This document shows, piece by piece, positions 30,877 to 52,980 of a stretch of 64,000 bases of DNA (its first letter is position 1; every line of letters begins with the position of its first letter). The notes beneath the pieces were generated by a model, which saw only the letters and a program-made list of their open reading frames with translations, did not search any database and was not told the DNA's origin. Made by a program: the position numbers and the translations under genes. Source of the stretch: the human T2T-CHM13v2.0 reference genome, Homo sapiens; the NCBI RefSeq assembly GCF_009914755.1, contig NC_060935.1. One strand, 5' to 3'.

Positions 30877-32085
30877 TGATGAATTTGTTGATGAATCAAA
30901 GAAGGATATATTATCATTTCTCTGACTTAATGTCTTTGATGCAATGCTTTTCAGCCTTTTGTCCTCTCTGGTAGGATGTATTCAGTTTTTGACACATTAG
31001 GCAAGTGTAACAGGAGGTGAGTAATTGGATTTTTTTCTCCCCTAGAATGAACTCAAATGATAACTTTTAATTTTTTAAATTTTTTGAACAGATGAAAGAA
31101 AACCTTAAATTAAGTAGATATAAACAAGAAACATTTTGCTGCTACTTGTATATTCAAATCATTCAGAAAACTATGAATTGACTATGACTCCCCCTTTTTT
31201 GAATAGAAAAGGGAGAGAGTTGACCTGACCTCTGTGGCTTGGCCTGAACTTGATCTCTTGGTGAACACTGGGCTTCATCAGTGTGAATGGTGACTATGTG
31301 TGACTGAGCACCTGTGAAGGTTACAGAGGCACGTGTTCAGAACATGGGCTGGTATGTGTGCAACTCTGGGCTGGGGAATGGAGCCAGGTTTAGGGGATGC
31401 TAGACTGCCTGTGTTTCTGCCCTTCCAGGGAGGGAGAACTAGGTAACTAAGTTGAAGCTGAAATGTTAAAGGAGGCTTGATGGTTTTGTGTTGGTGGAAA
31501 TTGGGAGATACGTTTCCCTAAAAGAATATAGTGGGTGATAGTTGAGAAACAGTAAACAGAGGCTTTCTTTTTCTTAACTCTTATAAAACCCTGAGCCAAC
31601 TATCCTTACAATGAGTTGTCATTTGAAGTTTTCTACATACTCAAGAAATATGTTTCCTTATCTTATTTTAATGGAGCGTATCTTCTGCAAACCTTTTTAC
31701 AGTTAGAGTGATTCTTAAAATTTAGGCACATACAGGACAATTAGACATAAAAAGACTTGACTTACAGATTTTAAAGCAGGGATCCTTGCATGGTAGACTT
31801 TCAAAATGATAGTATCTTTTACTTGAACCATCTTTTGCAAAGTAACATAAATATCTCAGAGACACTGCCAGAGCGAACTCACTTTTAGAAAAAGCAGGAT
31901 ATGTAAACTTTTAGTGATAAATTTTGAAATTCTTGAGGGGAAATGATATGTGATTTAAGTTCCTTCAAAATAATTTATCTTTATTTTATTTTTATTTTAA
32001 ATAATGAATTATGTTTTAAGATCTGATTCATTCTGAACTATAACTGACTCTAGAGGGTGCTTAATGAGCACTGAAGACTTCCTAA

Positions 32086-32525
<440 letters not shown>

Positions 32526-32892
32526 TAAAGTAGGTAAATAATTTACCATTGTTCTTAGAAACTCTTTGAAAATTCCATTGAATTTGTGGGATTTCTATAA
32601 ACTACCTTTGAATCATGCTTTTGAAAGCTTGTTTAATATTTCAAAAGAAAAGAACCTACTTCATGCATATAAAATATAAATCTTAGTACTGGATTAGTGT
32701 ATCATTTTATAAATTTAGTTGTTTGCACAGATATTTATTTTATCTTTAGAAAGAAGCTATTCAAAAAGCACATTCTAAAGTTAGATTTTACAGAACATTT
32801 AGGTTTTAGAGTAATGTATGCTTCTTATATTTTTAGCAGGTAGAGTACTTTTAAAACTATGGTGTGTTTTTTTGTTTGCTTGGTTGGTTGGT

Positions 32893-33191
32893 TTTTTTTT
32901 TTTTTTTTTGAGACAGGGTCTTGCTCTGTTGCCGAGGCTAGAGTGCAGTGGTACAATCACGGCTTACTGTAGCATCAGCCTCCCGGGCTTAAGTGATCCT
33001 CCCACCTCAGCCTCCCAAGTAGCTGCAGCTACACATGTGTACTACCACACCTGACTAATTTTTATATTTTGAGTAGAGACGGGTTTTTGCCTTGTTGCCC
33101 AGGTTGGTCTCAAACTCCTGGGCCCAATTGATTTGTACACCTTGGCCTCCCAAAGTGCTAGGATTACAGGCATGAGCCACCACACCCGGCC
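32893..33191 (-). mobile_element. AluJ
   Basis: Antisense Alu dimer. Confidence 0.92.
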
Positions 33192-33305
33192 TACAGTGTG
33201 ATGTATTAATTTGAAGAAAATTTTCAGACTTTTCAGATGGGAAAGCTTTTAGAAAATTGCTGTCTTAACCCAAACTTCAAAGATGGTGATGATAAAGATA
33301 TACAT

Positions 33306-34200
<895 letters not shown>

Positions 34201-34467
34201 ACGTTTACAAAAGGTCTGTGTTATAGTGAGAAAACTTTGCTAAACAAAATGAGTTATCCTTCATTGGAGTATTAGTCATTGCAGAGAATGAATGTTAATG
34301 TAAACTTTTACATGATGTCAGCCTATGAAAAAGTGATGTGTTTCCATACTACCCGTTTGTTTAACATTTCTTCAGAAATATCACACTGTTTTCATTACTG
34401 CAGGCAGAGAATCATATTAGAAAAATTCAGTAATTTGATGTGAAACCTATGTTTTACTCATTGAAGG

Positions 34468-37298
<2,831 letters not shown>

Positions 37299-39169
37299 GA
37301 TTTTAAGTCCTCCTGCTAGGTGATAGGTGTATCTGGGATTGAATTATGACTCTGATGGTGCATATGTGTATCTGTTTAGTCCTTTGAACTTTTATAATCC
37401 TGCCTGAGGTACTATAACATGCAAGCACCTTGTTTTCAAATAGCCACATTTATGTGAAAAGAAGAGGAATTGTGTTCTGAAAACTAAGTTAAGTTTAGGT
37501 TAAACCTGAAACTTAACTTAATTTAAAAAATCCTCTGACTTTTTAACAAACCCGTAGATTAAATTGCATTTGCCCTTTGGATGTGTCTCAAACCCTGAAG
37601 GTTTTCTTCTGTGCTTTTGAGTTAAAATGCAGGTAGCATATAACAGGTGACTGCAAAATGGAGGGACTGATGAAAACAAAACAAAAGCAACCACAAACCA
37701 GAACTTATATCTACTCTGTAGGAATTTTGTTTGAAAGTTGGTATGCTTTTCTGAATGTCCTTAAGTATAACAAGTCTTCCTACTCTGAGGGTAAACTTGG
37801 GTATTATAAAGAGGCAATTTGTGCTTACGTCTGGTAAATAATGATAAAATACTTGAGTAATACTTTATAATTTGCCAGGCAGTTGCGATTTCATCTTCTC
37901 CTTGGAATATTAACCCCATTCTACCGACAAGAGAACCATGATTTAATCAAGGTTCTCATTCATTTCGCAAACCCTTATTGATCACTTACTATTGATCACC
38001 TTGCTATTCATGTAGATTTCTATGTTAGGAATGAAAGAATAGTTCCTCTCCTGGAGGAATTAACAATCTAGTTGGGACAATTAAACAAAGAAACAATAAA
38101 TTATACTGTACTCAACAGGATGAGATTATATATTGTATTATATATTATATATATTATACATATATATATATATAAAATATATATGTGCATAGGATGCAGT
38201 GGAAGAAGAAGGAGAAACATCTGGCATGGTGGTGAGACCTGAGGGAGTCAGGAGTTTCCCAGGTGAAGGAGGCAGGGGAAAGGTGCCCCAGAAGAGGATA
38301 TGTCAGGAGTAAAGGTGTGAAGGTGCTAGTGTTCTAAATCAGAATAAATTTAGTAAATAGAAGGTACCTGAATATTCACATGCACAAAATTTACTAGCAG
38401 TCTTATATCATTTTGACCTTGCTTTTTTTCTAGCTCAGTCTGAAGAAAAGCTGGGCTAAAAATAGCTCCTGGTACAGTGATAAAGCATCCAAGTAACGAT
38501 TTCAAGGAGAAAGTTAAGACTAGATTTAGTTATTTGGCAAACACTAACTTACAATATTGATGTGCTAATAAGAAATCATCTTACTTATTAAAGCAGATCC
38601 TTAGAGGCCTGTTTTTGTTCCTCTTACTGGAATATCAATTCCATGAGGACTTTAATTCACTGTTTTCTCAGGGCCTAGAACAGTACCTGACATATATTAG
38701 AAGCTCAGTAAATATTTGGTATATAAAGGAATGAATCCTAGGCTATTATGCTAAAAGTCACTGTGAATGCTTAAACCATATTAGAAATGTGTTTTTTAAA
38801 AATTCAAGAATTCATTCATTTCCATTATTCAGACTAGCCTTTTCTCCAGTGTCTGAGATACCTATTGCTATATAACAAACTATCCTAAAACTTAGTGATT
38901 AAAAAAAATTATTGCTTATGATTTTGTGGATCCGGAGTTTGGGCAGGGCTTATTGGAGACAACTTTTTTCTATTCCACATGGTATTGGCTGGGGGTAGAG
39001 GGTTCACGATGGCCTCACCTCCATGTCTGGGGCCTTGATACTAGTTGTTACCAAGGAAGCCTCAGTTTTCTTCCATGTGGTCTCTCATTATTTACTAGAC
39101 TAGGTTGAGCTTCCTTACATGGTACTGAGATTGTTCCAAGGTGAAAACAGAAGTTGTAAGATATCTTAA

Positions 39170-39571
<402 letters not shown>

Positions 39572-40079
39572 TAAGTGGAAGGGAAAAGATTCTACTTTTT
39601 GATTGGAGAATGTCAAGTTCCTATAGCGAAGTGGCATGAGATGGAAGGTATTGTTGCAGCTGTCTTTGGAAATAGTGTGCTACAGTCTGCCCTCTGAACA
39701 TATCAATTCACATTTCTTCCACGTGCAGAATATACTTACTCCTCTCTTAGAAGTCTTATCCCATTATGGCATCAACCTGGAGTCCAGTATCTTTTCATCC
39801 AACTAAAGTCCAGATGCATATGAGATTTCTTAGGCACAGCTGCTCCAGTACAGCTTCTTTAGATCTAGAAATCTGTGAATGAAAATATAAGTTACCTGCC
39901 TCTGTCTCCCATCCCCCATCCAACATACAGTGGTGAGACAGGGGCAAGAAAACTGTAGTAGATGCTCTCATTTAAAAAGAGGAAGAATTGGAAGCACTGT
40001 TCCATAGCAATTTTGAAATTCATCTGGGCACATGTTACTAAGTCTCTTACCCCATGTATCAAAAATATACCTTGAATAG

Positions 40080-41045
<966 letters not shown>

Positions 41046-42489
41046 ATATATATATATACCTTGAATAGTGCCCAGTTCTGCTCTTTGAGAGTTGTTCCCT
41101 AGTACATTGTTTTGTAAGACTATTAGCTCTACCCTTTGGGCTCTTGGCTTTCTCCTTCTTTTTTCTTTTTCATAAGAAATAGGTCATATTTGTAGCTGAG
41201 TAGCTTTTCAACCTGCTTCTTACCTATGTGAAGTTGGGAACCCACAGATATTTTATTTCTCCCATTTTGAACTGTTTCTTTCTCTTTTAGTCCAAACTGG
41301 TGGTACTTTTAGTACGATAGTTTTCTTTAAAACTTTGAGAGTTTTCTATGAATGTTATTAGGGATTGATTCTATGTCCCAAAAGCCACATTTATAATCCC
41401 TTTCCAGGACAGAACTGTCTTTACTTTGGGTCTGCCTATTGAAGAAAAGGTCATTAAGATTCTTCGAAGTCCCTTTGTATAGATGAGAAGGGTCTATATT
41501 TTCAAGGTCTCAACAAAAGATCTTATGGACAAACCTCTGATTTGATATCTCCCCAGAGACCATTTTTAAATTTCAGATCTTTCGCCAGTTGTAGAGACTG
41601 TTTTGGGCCCTCTTTACTTCCTCTAAATTCTGCTTAAAAATTAAACAGGTCCTTCTTTAGTTTATTTCTCTCTTCCCCATACTTTATCATATGCAGCTGA
41701 AAGAAGCCAGTTGGTACTACTTTCAGTGTTCTACCTGGAAATATCTTTAGCCAGTCAATAAGTTAATTAGGTAAATATTCTATCTTATGTAATTGTTAAA
41801 TTAGGTAAATATTATTGCAGACAACAGTCTTGCCAAACATTCCACCACTGTGTAACATGAGGCACTCTCTCTCCTGCATCTAATAGCAATTTTCTCATGG
41901 TTCTTCTGGCCTTTGCTAACAACTGACTTTCCACTTTTTCAGCCTCTGCCTGCCATCAGGTCCCAAAACCAATGCTGCATATTTTAGGCTGTTTGGCACT
42001 TCCCTTAAGCAAGTCAATCAAAGCAAGTCGCATATCCAAGGAAGGGAAAATAGATTCCATCTCTTGATGGGAGGAATGGCAAATTCACATTGCAAAAGAG
42101 CATGTGGAATGGGATGACTTATAGTCATCTATAGAATAATCTATTGCACCTAGTAAGTTTAAACTTGGAAGATTTACTATAGGTGAGAAGTTAACAAGTG
42201 GTAGCCTGTGTATGTATCTGGCTCACAGATTGGTATATTTGGCTTGGATAGAGTTTTAATGAAAAAAAACCAACATAATTTATCATCAAACAATTGGGAG
42301 ATTTTATCTAGAAGGTTATATATCAGGTCTCTCTTGAAATATAGTAAGCTGTTTTTGTGTTGGGCCTTCATTTCCATATTAGCTGGAAATTGCCTGATTT
42401 ACTCCCTTTCATGACCTCTTGGCTCCTATAGGTATTTGATTTTGCAGTTTTTGCTGCTGCAGATTACTAATTTATATGTTAGTTTTTTT

Positions 42490-43620
<1,131 letters not shown>

Positions 43621-43839
43621 TGTGACCCTACTGCAAAAATAAGTTTGAAAATGAAAACTCCTAAAGTGAAATTGTTTTTATCTTACAGCTCTTTATATGT
43701 GTTTTTTTCTTCTTTTCCTCTTCATTAGAAGACTTTGCCATTACTTGGATGGCATACCAGCTGCAATGGAGGAAGTATACAGATGTATATTGGAGGATGT
43801 ATTTATATTTTAATGTGTAGCTATCTGCTGTCAAGAATT

Positions 43840-44286
<447 letters not shown>

Positions 44287-45629
44287 TATTTTGAGTAATG
44301 GGAAGTCACTGAAGGAATTGAACAGGGGTAGTGATGTGATGTCATTTACTTTTTGCAAAGATGCCCCTGGTTGCTGTGCCGTGAATAGACTAGTGGCCAC
44401 AGGTGGAAGCAGAATGGTCATTTAAAATTTTCTATTTATTCCAATTCAGTGTGGTCATAAAGGATCAAGTGTAATTTATTATTCACATTTTATTGGTATG
44501 GAGAATTAATTCATTTTTACTATTAAAAAAAGGTGGCATGTTAGTAATCAGAATGTTCTAGGAGAACCTTCCAGAGGTTTGCAACTCTTAGAATTGAAAT
44601 CACTATTTAGCTAAGACCAGAATCGTAACATAAGGCAAGATTGAATAAGGTGAATGGATTTGATGAATTAAAGTGCTACTTGTAAAGGATAGTAAATTCA
44701 CTTTTGCATTTTAGATAGTAGCTTTTATTGTAAATTTGGATGCAAAATGAGATAATAGCGTTTTCACCCCTTTTCAAGAGCCATTTGGAGATAGCATTTT
44801 GACTAGATCTGTCATTCAATTCAGCTTAGAAATAATTTATAATTTTATTTTTAAATTCCTATTTTAGGATATTATCATATTATCATGAGATAATGATAAT
44901 ACCACTCTAATTTTATTATAATTGGGTTGGGAGGAAATAGTCTTTTGTAAAAGGTTAGTTAGTGGCATATTGCCATTAGCATTTATTTTACCTTTTTTAG
45001 AAAATGAAAATCATTACACTTAAATTCAATGTATATTATATAGAGAACATAACTGATTTATAACCATGTAAAATATCTTGTCTTACTAACAAAACGTTCA
45101 GTTTTTCCTTCTTTGTGAAACCTTGAGTCAAAATGTACTAGTGAGGATGTTTATATTCCAGTGGTGTAGCTGAACCAGACAGGTCTGCAGCGCAGTGGTT
45201 TATTTTTAGACCTGCGTTGCCATTTTTATCCTGCAAAAATATTCATCAGTGTCTTGCTGACAGGCCATCAGTTTCATAAATGTGTCACATAGACCAGATT
45301 TTGTTCTTTGTCTCATTTTCCCTCCAACTCTTCTTTTCCTTTTGATTTGTTCATACAACTGTTTGGAGGAGGAGAATTTTTTTTTTAATTTCAATTCATG
45401 TATTAGATGCTTCAATTCTAAGATCTAACAGATTTTCAGATCACCCAGTTCATTCATCTATCTGCATCTGCTTACACATCTCTACTTATTGTCTGATATG
45501 AGAAGCTGTTATAGATCACTAAGCTGAAGGCAAGGAAAAGAGAATTGCATGCATTGGGGATTCTCTTCATGGGTCCAGTCAGTTTTTGACTGCCTTCTCC
45601 ATATATGTTTTTATATATTTATGTGTATG

Positions 45630-45632
<3 letters not shown>

Positions 45633-45674
<42 letters not shown>
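45633..45674. repeat. (TG)n microsatellite, ~21 units
   Basis: Perfect TG run. Confidence 0.97.
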
Positions 45675-45679
<5 letters not shown>

Positions 45680-45852
45680 GTTTATTTACTTGTCTTACCC
45701 AACAAGGGACTGGCATAAAATATTTTGCATAAAAAAAATAGCTGCCTAAGGGCCTAGGGGTTACCATATGTGGCAGAAAGCCATGTATTGAAAATAAATC
45801 CATCATTATCTTTAAATACATAGAGCACCAATTATTTAATTTGTTAGGAGAC

Positions 45853-46211
45853 TGTTTTAACCTGTTTGGGCTGCTAAAACAAAATACCATAAACCAAGTG
45901 GCTTACGAACAACAGAAATTTATTTCTCACAGTTTTGAAGACTGTGAAGTCCAAGATCAAGGTCCTGGAAGATTTGGTATATGGTGAGGGACTGTTTCCT
46001 GGTTCACAGATGGTACTTTCTCACTGTGTCCTCTCATGGCAGAGGGGGCAAATGAGCTCTCTCAGACCTCCAAAAGAGGACTGATCCCATTCATGAGGGC
46101 TCTGTCCTCGTGATCCAACCATCCACAAATGCCCCCTGCTAGTACCATCACCTTGTGGGTTAGGGTTTCGACTATGAATTTTGGGGGAACACAAACATTC
46201 AGACCGTAACA
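45853..46211 (-). mobile_element. MLT1A-type MaLR LTR
   Basis: caacagaaatttatttctcacagtt...gtccaagatcaagg...acaaacattcagaccgtaaca. Confidence 0.85.
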
Positions 46212-46544
46212 GAGATGATGTTTTGATTCCAGATGCCTGAGTGACAAATATCACCAAAACAGAAGGAAAAATTCCTGCAATCAAGAGAAACTAGGGGCAC
46301 ATACTTGAGAATATAGTAATTTTTTAACAGTGTATATTCATGTCTCATTTTTATAAAAACTCAGATTCCCAGAGCAGGATTGGTATTCACTTATCTCTGT
46401 AACAAATATTTACTGAGTAGCTACTTGAGGGCCCAATATATTAATTGCTTTAGTGGCTACCATGGCTTGGAGAACAGGATTTCTGACTTGTGGAGCTTAT
46501 AGTTATTTTAAGAGGAAAATACTTCTATGTATATTTCACAGACA

Positions 46545-46810
46545 TGGCAGTACAGCATACTAGGTAAGAGTATAGGCACTGGAGCCAGAAATTTGCATTT
46601 ATAGTTTGTGCCAGTCATTTCCTAGTTTTGTTACCTTGAGCAAACTGTTCAGCTTTTCTGAGCCTCAGTTTCTTCATCTCTAAAATTGGTATGTACTTCA
46701 GAAATTATTGCAAAGGTTAAAAAAGATGATGCTTGTTTAGCAATGTGCTAAAAATACTGAACATCATGCCTAGCACATAGTAAGCACATAATAAATGCTG
46801 GTTAATTCAT
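46545..46810 (+). mobile_element. MIR
   Basis: MIR core ctgagcctcagtttcttcatctctaaaattgg; gcctagcacatagtaagcac. Confidence 0.85.
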
Positions 46811-48904
46811 AATAACAGTAATAACAATGATGGGGATAACAACAAATATTCTATGCATATTCTATAATGCTTTAACATCAGGAATGTCTTCAGCTGTAAG
46901 TAACAGAATACACAACTATGGTGGCTTAAACAGATAAGGATTTATTAATCTAACAAGTCTGACATAGGCCAGATTGAATATTAATTATTCAACAATTTTT
47001 ATCAATAATCTATATGCCAGCTACTATTCTAGGCACAAGGATTCATCCATTAACAAAATGCAGTTATTCCTGTCCTCATGAAGCTTACATTCTAATTGGG
47101 GAGAGAGACAAAAATAAACAAAACAATGTAATATAAAAATGGTAAGTTATTACTATGTTAGAAGGTGGGCTTCATAGAAAGCTTTGTGAAGGAGGGCCCA
47201 TTTATGTTAGGCCATAAGGGAACAACAGAGTTTGAATAAATGAGGCTAGGTGAGAGAAAGACACAACAGAGGAACAGATATGAGAAAAATGGAGGAGCCA
47301 TTTTGAGCCATCTCAAAATGGAAGTTTTGGCAACAGTGCTTTGTTAATCATCAAGTAATCAGGAGCCATGAACGCAAGATTTTTCTCAGATTTCTAAAGT
47401 AAAAGATTTCATGTTGTTATTTTCACTTTATGTAACAGTTAACAATCAAATAATAATAGTGATAGTAATATGTAGTGCTTACAAATCAAACGTTCTACTT
47501 AATACTAATGATAATAAAAGCATATGGCTGACACTTACGTAATGCTAATTAGGTATCACACTAGTCTAAGGATTTGGTATTCATATCCTAATCTCTGTGT
47601 TAAGTACTAATAGTATTCCCATTTTACAGATAAGTAAAGTTAGGTAGTTTGGTAACTTGGCCCAAGTTTATTTGCCCTTAGTGTCTCTAAGGGCGATAAG
47701 AAAAGAGATAACTGGAGAGATAGCCTCTCATTCCATAATCCAGGGGATAGAGTGGGTGAGGAAATGTTCAGGGAATGTAAGTAGGTTTAACCCCTAAAGC
47801 CCGAGCAAAGGAAGAAAGGAGAAATTGAGGGCGTTAGTAGGGCTTGAGATGGCTCATCTAAACAGTTACCCACAATTTCCACAACTCTGGCAGAAATTTA
47901 CCATTAGATGAGATTAGGTCCAGAGCTTTATCATATTTCAGAGACAGGCTTTCCAATGCTAAGCATCACACATATACCTTACCCAGCAGGGACCATTAGA
48001 ATCCTTTTCTCATAGGGAGAGTGTCTTTTGTTGTTTGTTTCTTCACTTGGTTATCTCTTAAATGAAAGAAGAATTTTCCAATTTCAACATGAGCTTTCAA
48101 ATGGACCAAATTCTCAAGCATATTTAGGTTGTGTCTAAATAGTTCTTATAGAACAAATATTATGATATGTGCTGCCTGTTAAAATTTCTGTCTGTATTCA
48201 TGTACACATTCTATGTCTAATTAGAAGCTGCCAGCCTTGTCAAAATACAAGTATGGTCCACTGTTAAAACCTGATGTAAGAAAATATAAATGTATAAAAA
48301 TAGTTAAAGTTGGGAGGTGGGGGGCCATGGAGAGTACTTGCATTCTAAAAAAATTTTTAAGGCTTCCATTAATTGGGAAAGTTTGCTTTACATAATAATT
48401 CAAAGAATAGATTTTATTTATGTAGTATAAATGTGAGACCACAGTTATTACATAAAGGGTGAACTTACTTAAATATACTTTATGTTAAGGATTCAGTCAT
48501 GGTACAATGCCATGCTCATTTTCAGTGAACAAGACAATTGTATACTCAGATAGCATATGGTAGAAAGAACTGAGGCATCACAGGCCAAGAGGCCCCCTGA
48601 AGCTGAATGTGGTCTTGCTGGTGCTGTTAGACTGAGTAGCCCTTGTCGGAAGAAATGGTAGATTCCATCAGAAAATGTTCAATGTAAAATATTACAGCAG
48701 TCCTTGTGATTTTCAGTAGGTGTTTCCCAAGCTACTCTTACGTTATTGGGATCAGCTAACTAACCGAAGGTGGCTGTGTTCTATTTAAATAAAATCTTGA
48801 GTTTAGAAGGTTTCAGGGGAGTCCCAGTTTAGAGGGAACTTTGTGTGAACTTTGATTCTGTTTGAATCTTGATCATGCTAGAGAAATAACTCATGAATAT
48901 AAGG

Positions 48905-49033
48905 CTTTTTTTTTTTCGATAGGGAGTCTTGCTATATTGCCCAGGCTGGTCTTGAATTCCTGGTCTCAACTGATTTTCCTGCCTCAGCCTCCTGAGTAGC
49001 TGGGATTACAGGCACACACCACCCTACCTGGCT
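48905..49033 (-). mobile_element. Alu monomer (FLAM)
   Basis: Antisense monomer; TSD-like tataaggc. Confidence 0.85.
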
Positions 49034-49456
49034 TATAAGGCATTTTGTTGATATAAATTCCCATCATAGTACAAACCACCATCTCTTAATGCTGAGTTTT
49101 ACAACTCCTTCTCCAAGTATTTGGTGTTATGGTAAAACAGTAGGAAAAAAACACAACAATTCACCCTCTTTCTACCCTTTAATCCATTTTTGTTTTTAAT
49201 CACACCTTTTTTCCTCCACTTTGCCAGTGTGCTTCTTGATCTCAGGTTGGGAGAGATGAACTATGGCAGTAATGTATAGTGGGCAGTGGACTCCCCTTTC
49301 TCCAGAGATGGTAGAGTAGGTTTGGTGCTTTTTTGTTTGTTTCATTTCTGGAAAACTTGAGTTTATGTGTTTTTCTGTCTGAGGCTTTAAATACAAACTG
49401 AATTAAGCAGACATCTCAATTGTGGCAGTAACCACATGGGGGCTTGCATAGTGTGA

Positions 49457-49789
<333 letters not shown>

Positions 49790-52356
49790 TAACTAATATA
49801 CAGAATATAATTTTATTTGAATTTTAAACTATAAAAACATTACACAAGAAATATATTTACTTATAGAAAAATTAGAAAATCCAGCTAAGTAAAAAAAAAA
49901 GAAAAGAAAAATTATTTATATTCCTCTACCTAGAGGTAACTACCATCAACTTTTTGGTCTGTGGCTCTTTTAGATTCTTTAGATTTTTTTCCCAAAACAA
50001 AAAATGGCTACTGTACTTGTTACTCCTCCCACTGTATCTGGGAATCGGATTATTTATGAGCTAGATTATTGGTAAACTTCTTTTGACTCATCATTAGGTG
50101 ATGATCCTTAGAAATTTCAATTAAAGATCTTCTGGAGAAATAAACATTGTTAAAACAAAAATAGTTAATTTTTGTTAATTAAAAAATAATCCATTTTTTC
50201 TTCACTTGGCTGTGTATCATAGACAGGTTTTCACTGCCAGTCACCATTCTTTGGTGCCATAATTTTTGATAACTGTATTGTGTTCTATTGTACTGATATG
50301 CTATAATGTGTAATATAGATATGCTACATATAATATAGATATAAATAAGGGTATAAAAGATTAGTATGCACCATAATTATATACTATATCTATATGCTAT
50401 TATGTGTGCTATACATGCTCTATAATTACATATTATAATGTATTTAGTGGCCCCTTATGGTTTCAATGTTGGTATTGTAAACAGTGCTGCCACATACCAG
50501 CATCTTAAAGGTCTTGTTCATTCTGAAAAACTAAAAGGGAAAGGCAATAGAGTAGCAACTTAGTAAGGGCCAGCAAATGGCATAGAAAGTTATGACATTT
50601 AAAGAATTGTTTCAGATGTCCTTGCATCTTAGGGATCAATGACAATTTAAGTAAAATGAGGACTATTGTACATCTAATAGAATTTAATAAAATACCAAGT
50701 TTATATGTTTAGTAGTGTCCTAATCTTGTGAAGGGATTGAAGGTGTTTTCAAAATGTTAAATAGCAGATAGTATTAATTTTTAAATTAATTAATTGCAAA
50801 GTAGGTGAGTAGGTCTGTAACAGCACAACTATAACTTCAGGCATCAGAGAAGTTGTTTTTTCTCTCTTTGAGCTCTAGTCCAGACAGTAAACTTCGTTAA
50901 GTAATTTACATTTGAAACTTTTGCTGGAGACCAGGAAATTTCTATGGTATGTTTGTAGAATAAAAAGCCATGTAAGTAAATAAATGAAATCACTGAAAAG
51001 TGCATAAGAGGACGCTTAAATCAGACTTGTATTAAAAGTTCTATTTGTGAGAGGTAGCTTCTTGAAGGGAGGAAAGTATGCTTTCTTTGATTCCATGAAG
51101 CTCACAGTCATGCTGTACCTGCTGCCTATCCGCTGCATCTGAAAGGGTAGCTTATCTAAGAAGTTGAATGAAACAAACTTCAAATGATAAACAGAAAGTT
51201 ATTTCATCAGTCTTTAACACTTCCACCTAAAGGTTCACAGAAGAAATAAAAGTCATAGAGACTAGCCTCAAGTTTTCCTCTTTTCTTGTTAAAGGTCTGT
51301 GGGAGAGAAGGTAAAAATAATCAAAACATTTTTCTTTTAATTCAGTTATTCATGTTCTTTCTATTTTAAATTGTTGAAGATGAGCTAGCTGTAGGTTTAT
51401 TGTTTTAAATCACAGCTCTGACTTGACATACTGTTTTTAAAACTTGTGGATGTCTGTGTGTTTTTTTTTTAATAAAGATAAGAGAAGTCATTACTTTGAT
51501 TTTATATTCATCATAGTCATGGACTCATAGGGTCTTGGGTGTTCATTTAGTTTGCAACTACATTGTAAAGATGCTGAAACTAAGGCTCAGAAATATTAAC
51601 CACTGGTCCAGGTTGATTTAGCTAGCAGAACCAGGACCAGAAAATAGGTTTTCTGACTATTGGTCAATCCACCACTATTGTATGTAGAGTATAATCTCTG
51701 TAACTGAGAAATATTGTGCTGGATTATATGAAGCCCCTTTAAAAAGATTTATCTGGAAGTGAATTTCACTGAGTGTTCATTTTGAAAAGTCTGTTAGTTG
51801 TTAAGTTGTTTAACATAATTTTATTGGCAGTCTGGGGGTTTACCAAAAAGTAGAAAGAGGATCCAGCAGGATGTTGTATAACAAGAAGGAATTGTGTTGA
51901 GCTTCCATGGTTTTGACTTCTCAGGGATGAGAAAAAAAAATTAGTTGAGAATAAATGAGCATTCTTCCTTTCTTTTCTCACATTTGTTGTTGATACTACC
52001 ATTATTTATTTCAGTCTTCAAGATATATAAACTGTTTATTAAACTATCTTTTGGTGAGGCTGTTTTGAAGTTCTTGACTAGGCCTGAGTGAGTCAGGCAT
52101 GACAAGTAGATTTACTTGATTTCTCCTAGGTGTAAAGTACCTAGGGGTGTGCTGGGCCTCAGCATCAGTATGCTTAAACACATGCCTTTAAGATATATTT
52201 AATCCTTAAAGAAAAGGTAGTTATTCACCAGGAGACTCTGGCCCAAACATAGGACTTTATTGTAGTGTTAGTGTGATAAGCATGGTGGCTTAAAAGGAGA
52301 ATAGCTTTCTAAATCTCATTTCTAAATCTCTTAGTGAGGTGAGACAGAGTGAATAA

Positions 52357-52732
<376 letters not shown>

Positions 52733-52980
52733 TAGGTTGAAATAAGTCAAATAATCTACATTAGACCTTCCCTTATGTTTATCTGGGTGGATATAAATGT
52801 GGACCACTGAAGATAAGTTAGCTAGTGGAATTATACCAGGTAGATCTCATTACACCTCTTTCACTTTTATTAGACCTGAGTTATATACAGTATTTCAAGG
52901 GCACTTGTGTAGTAGACAACGATTGTCCTACTGGTGTGTTTGCATACTGTTTATAACTAAGGAGATGTTTAATGTAATCA

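Noticed and set aside
42395-42440. Possible recursive splice site (ctcttggctcctatag|gtatttg)
   Set aside because: Weak donor and short pyrimidine tract; cannot be supported without RNA-seq saw-tooth data
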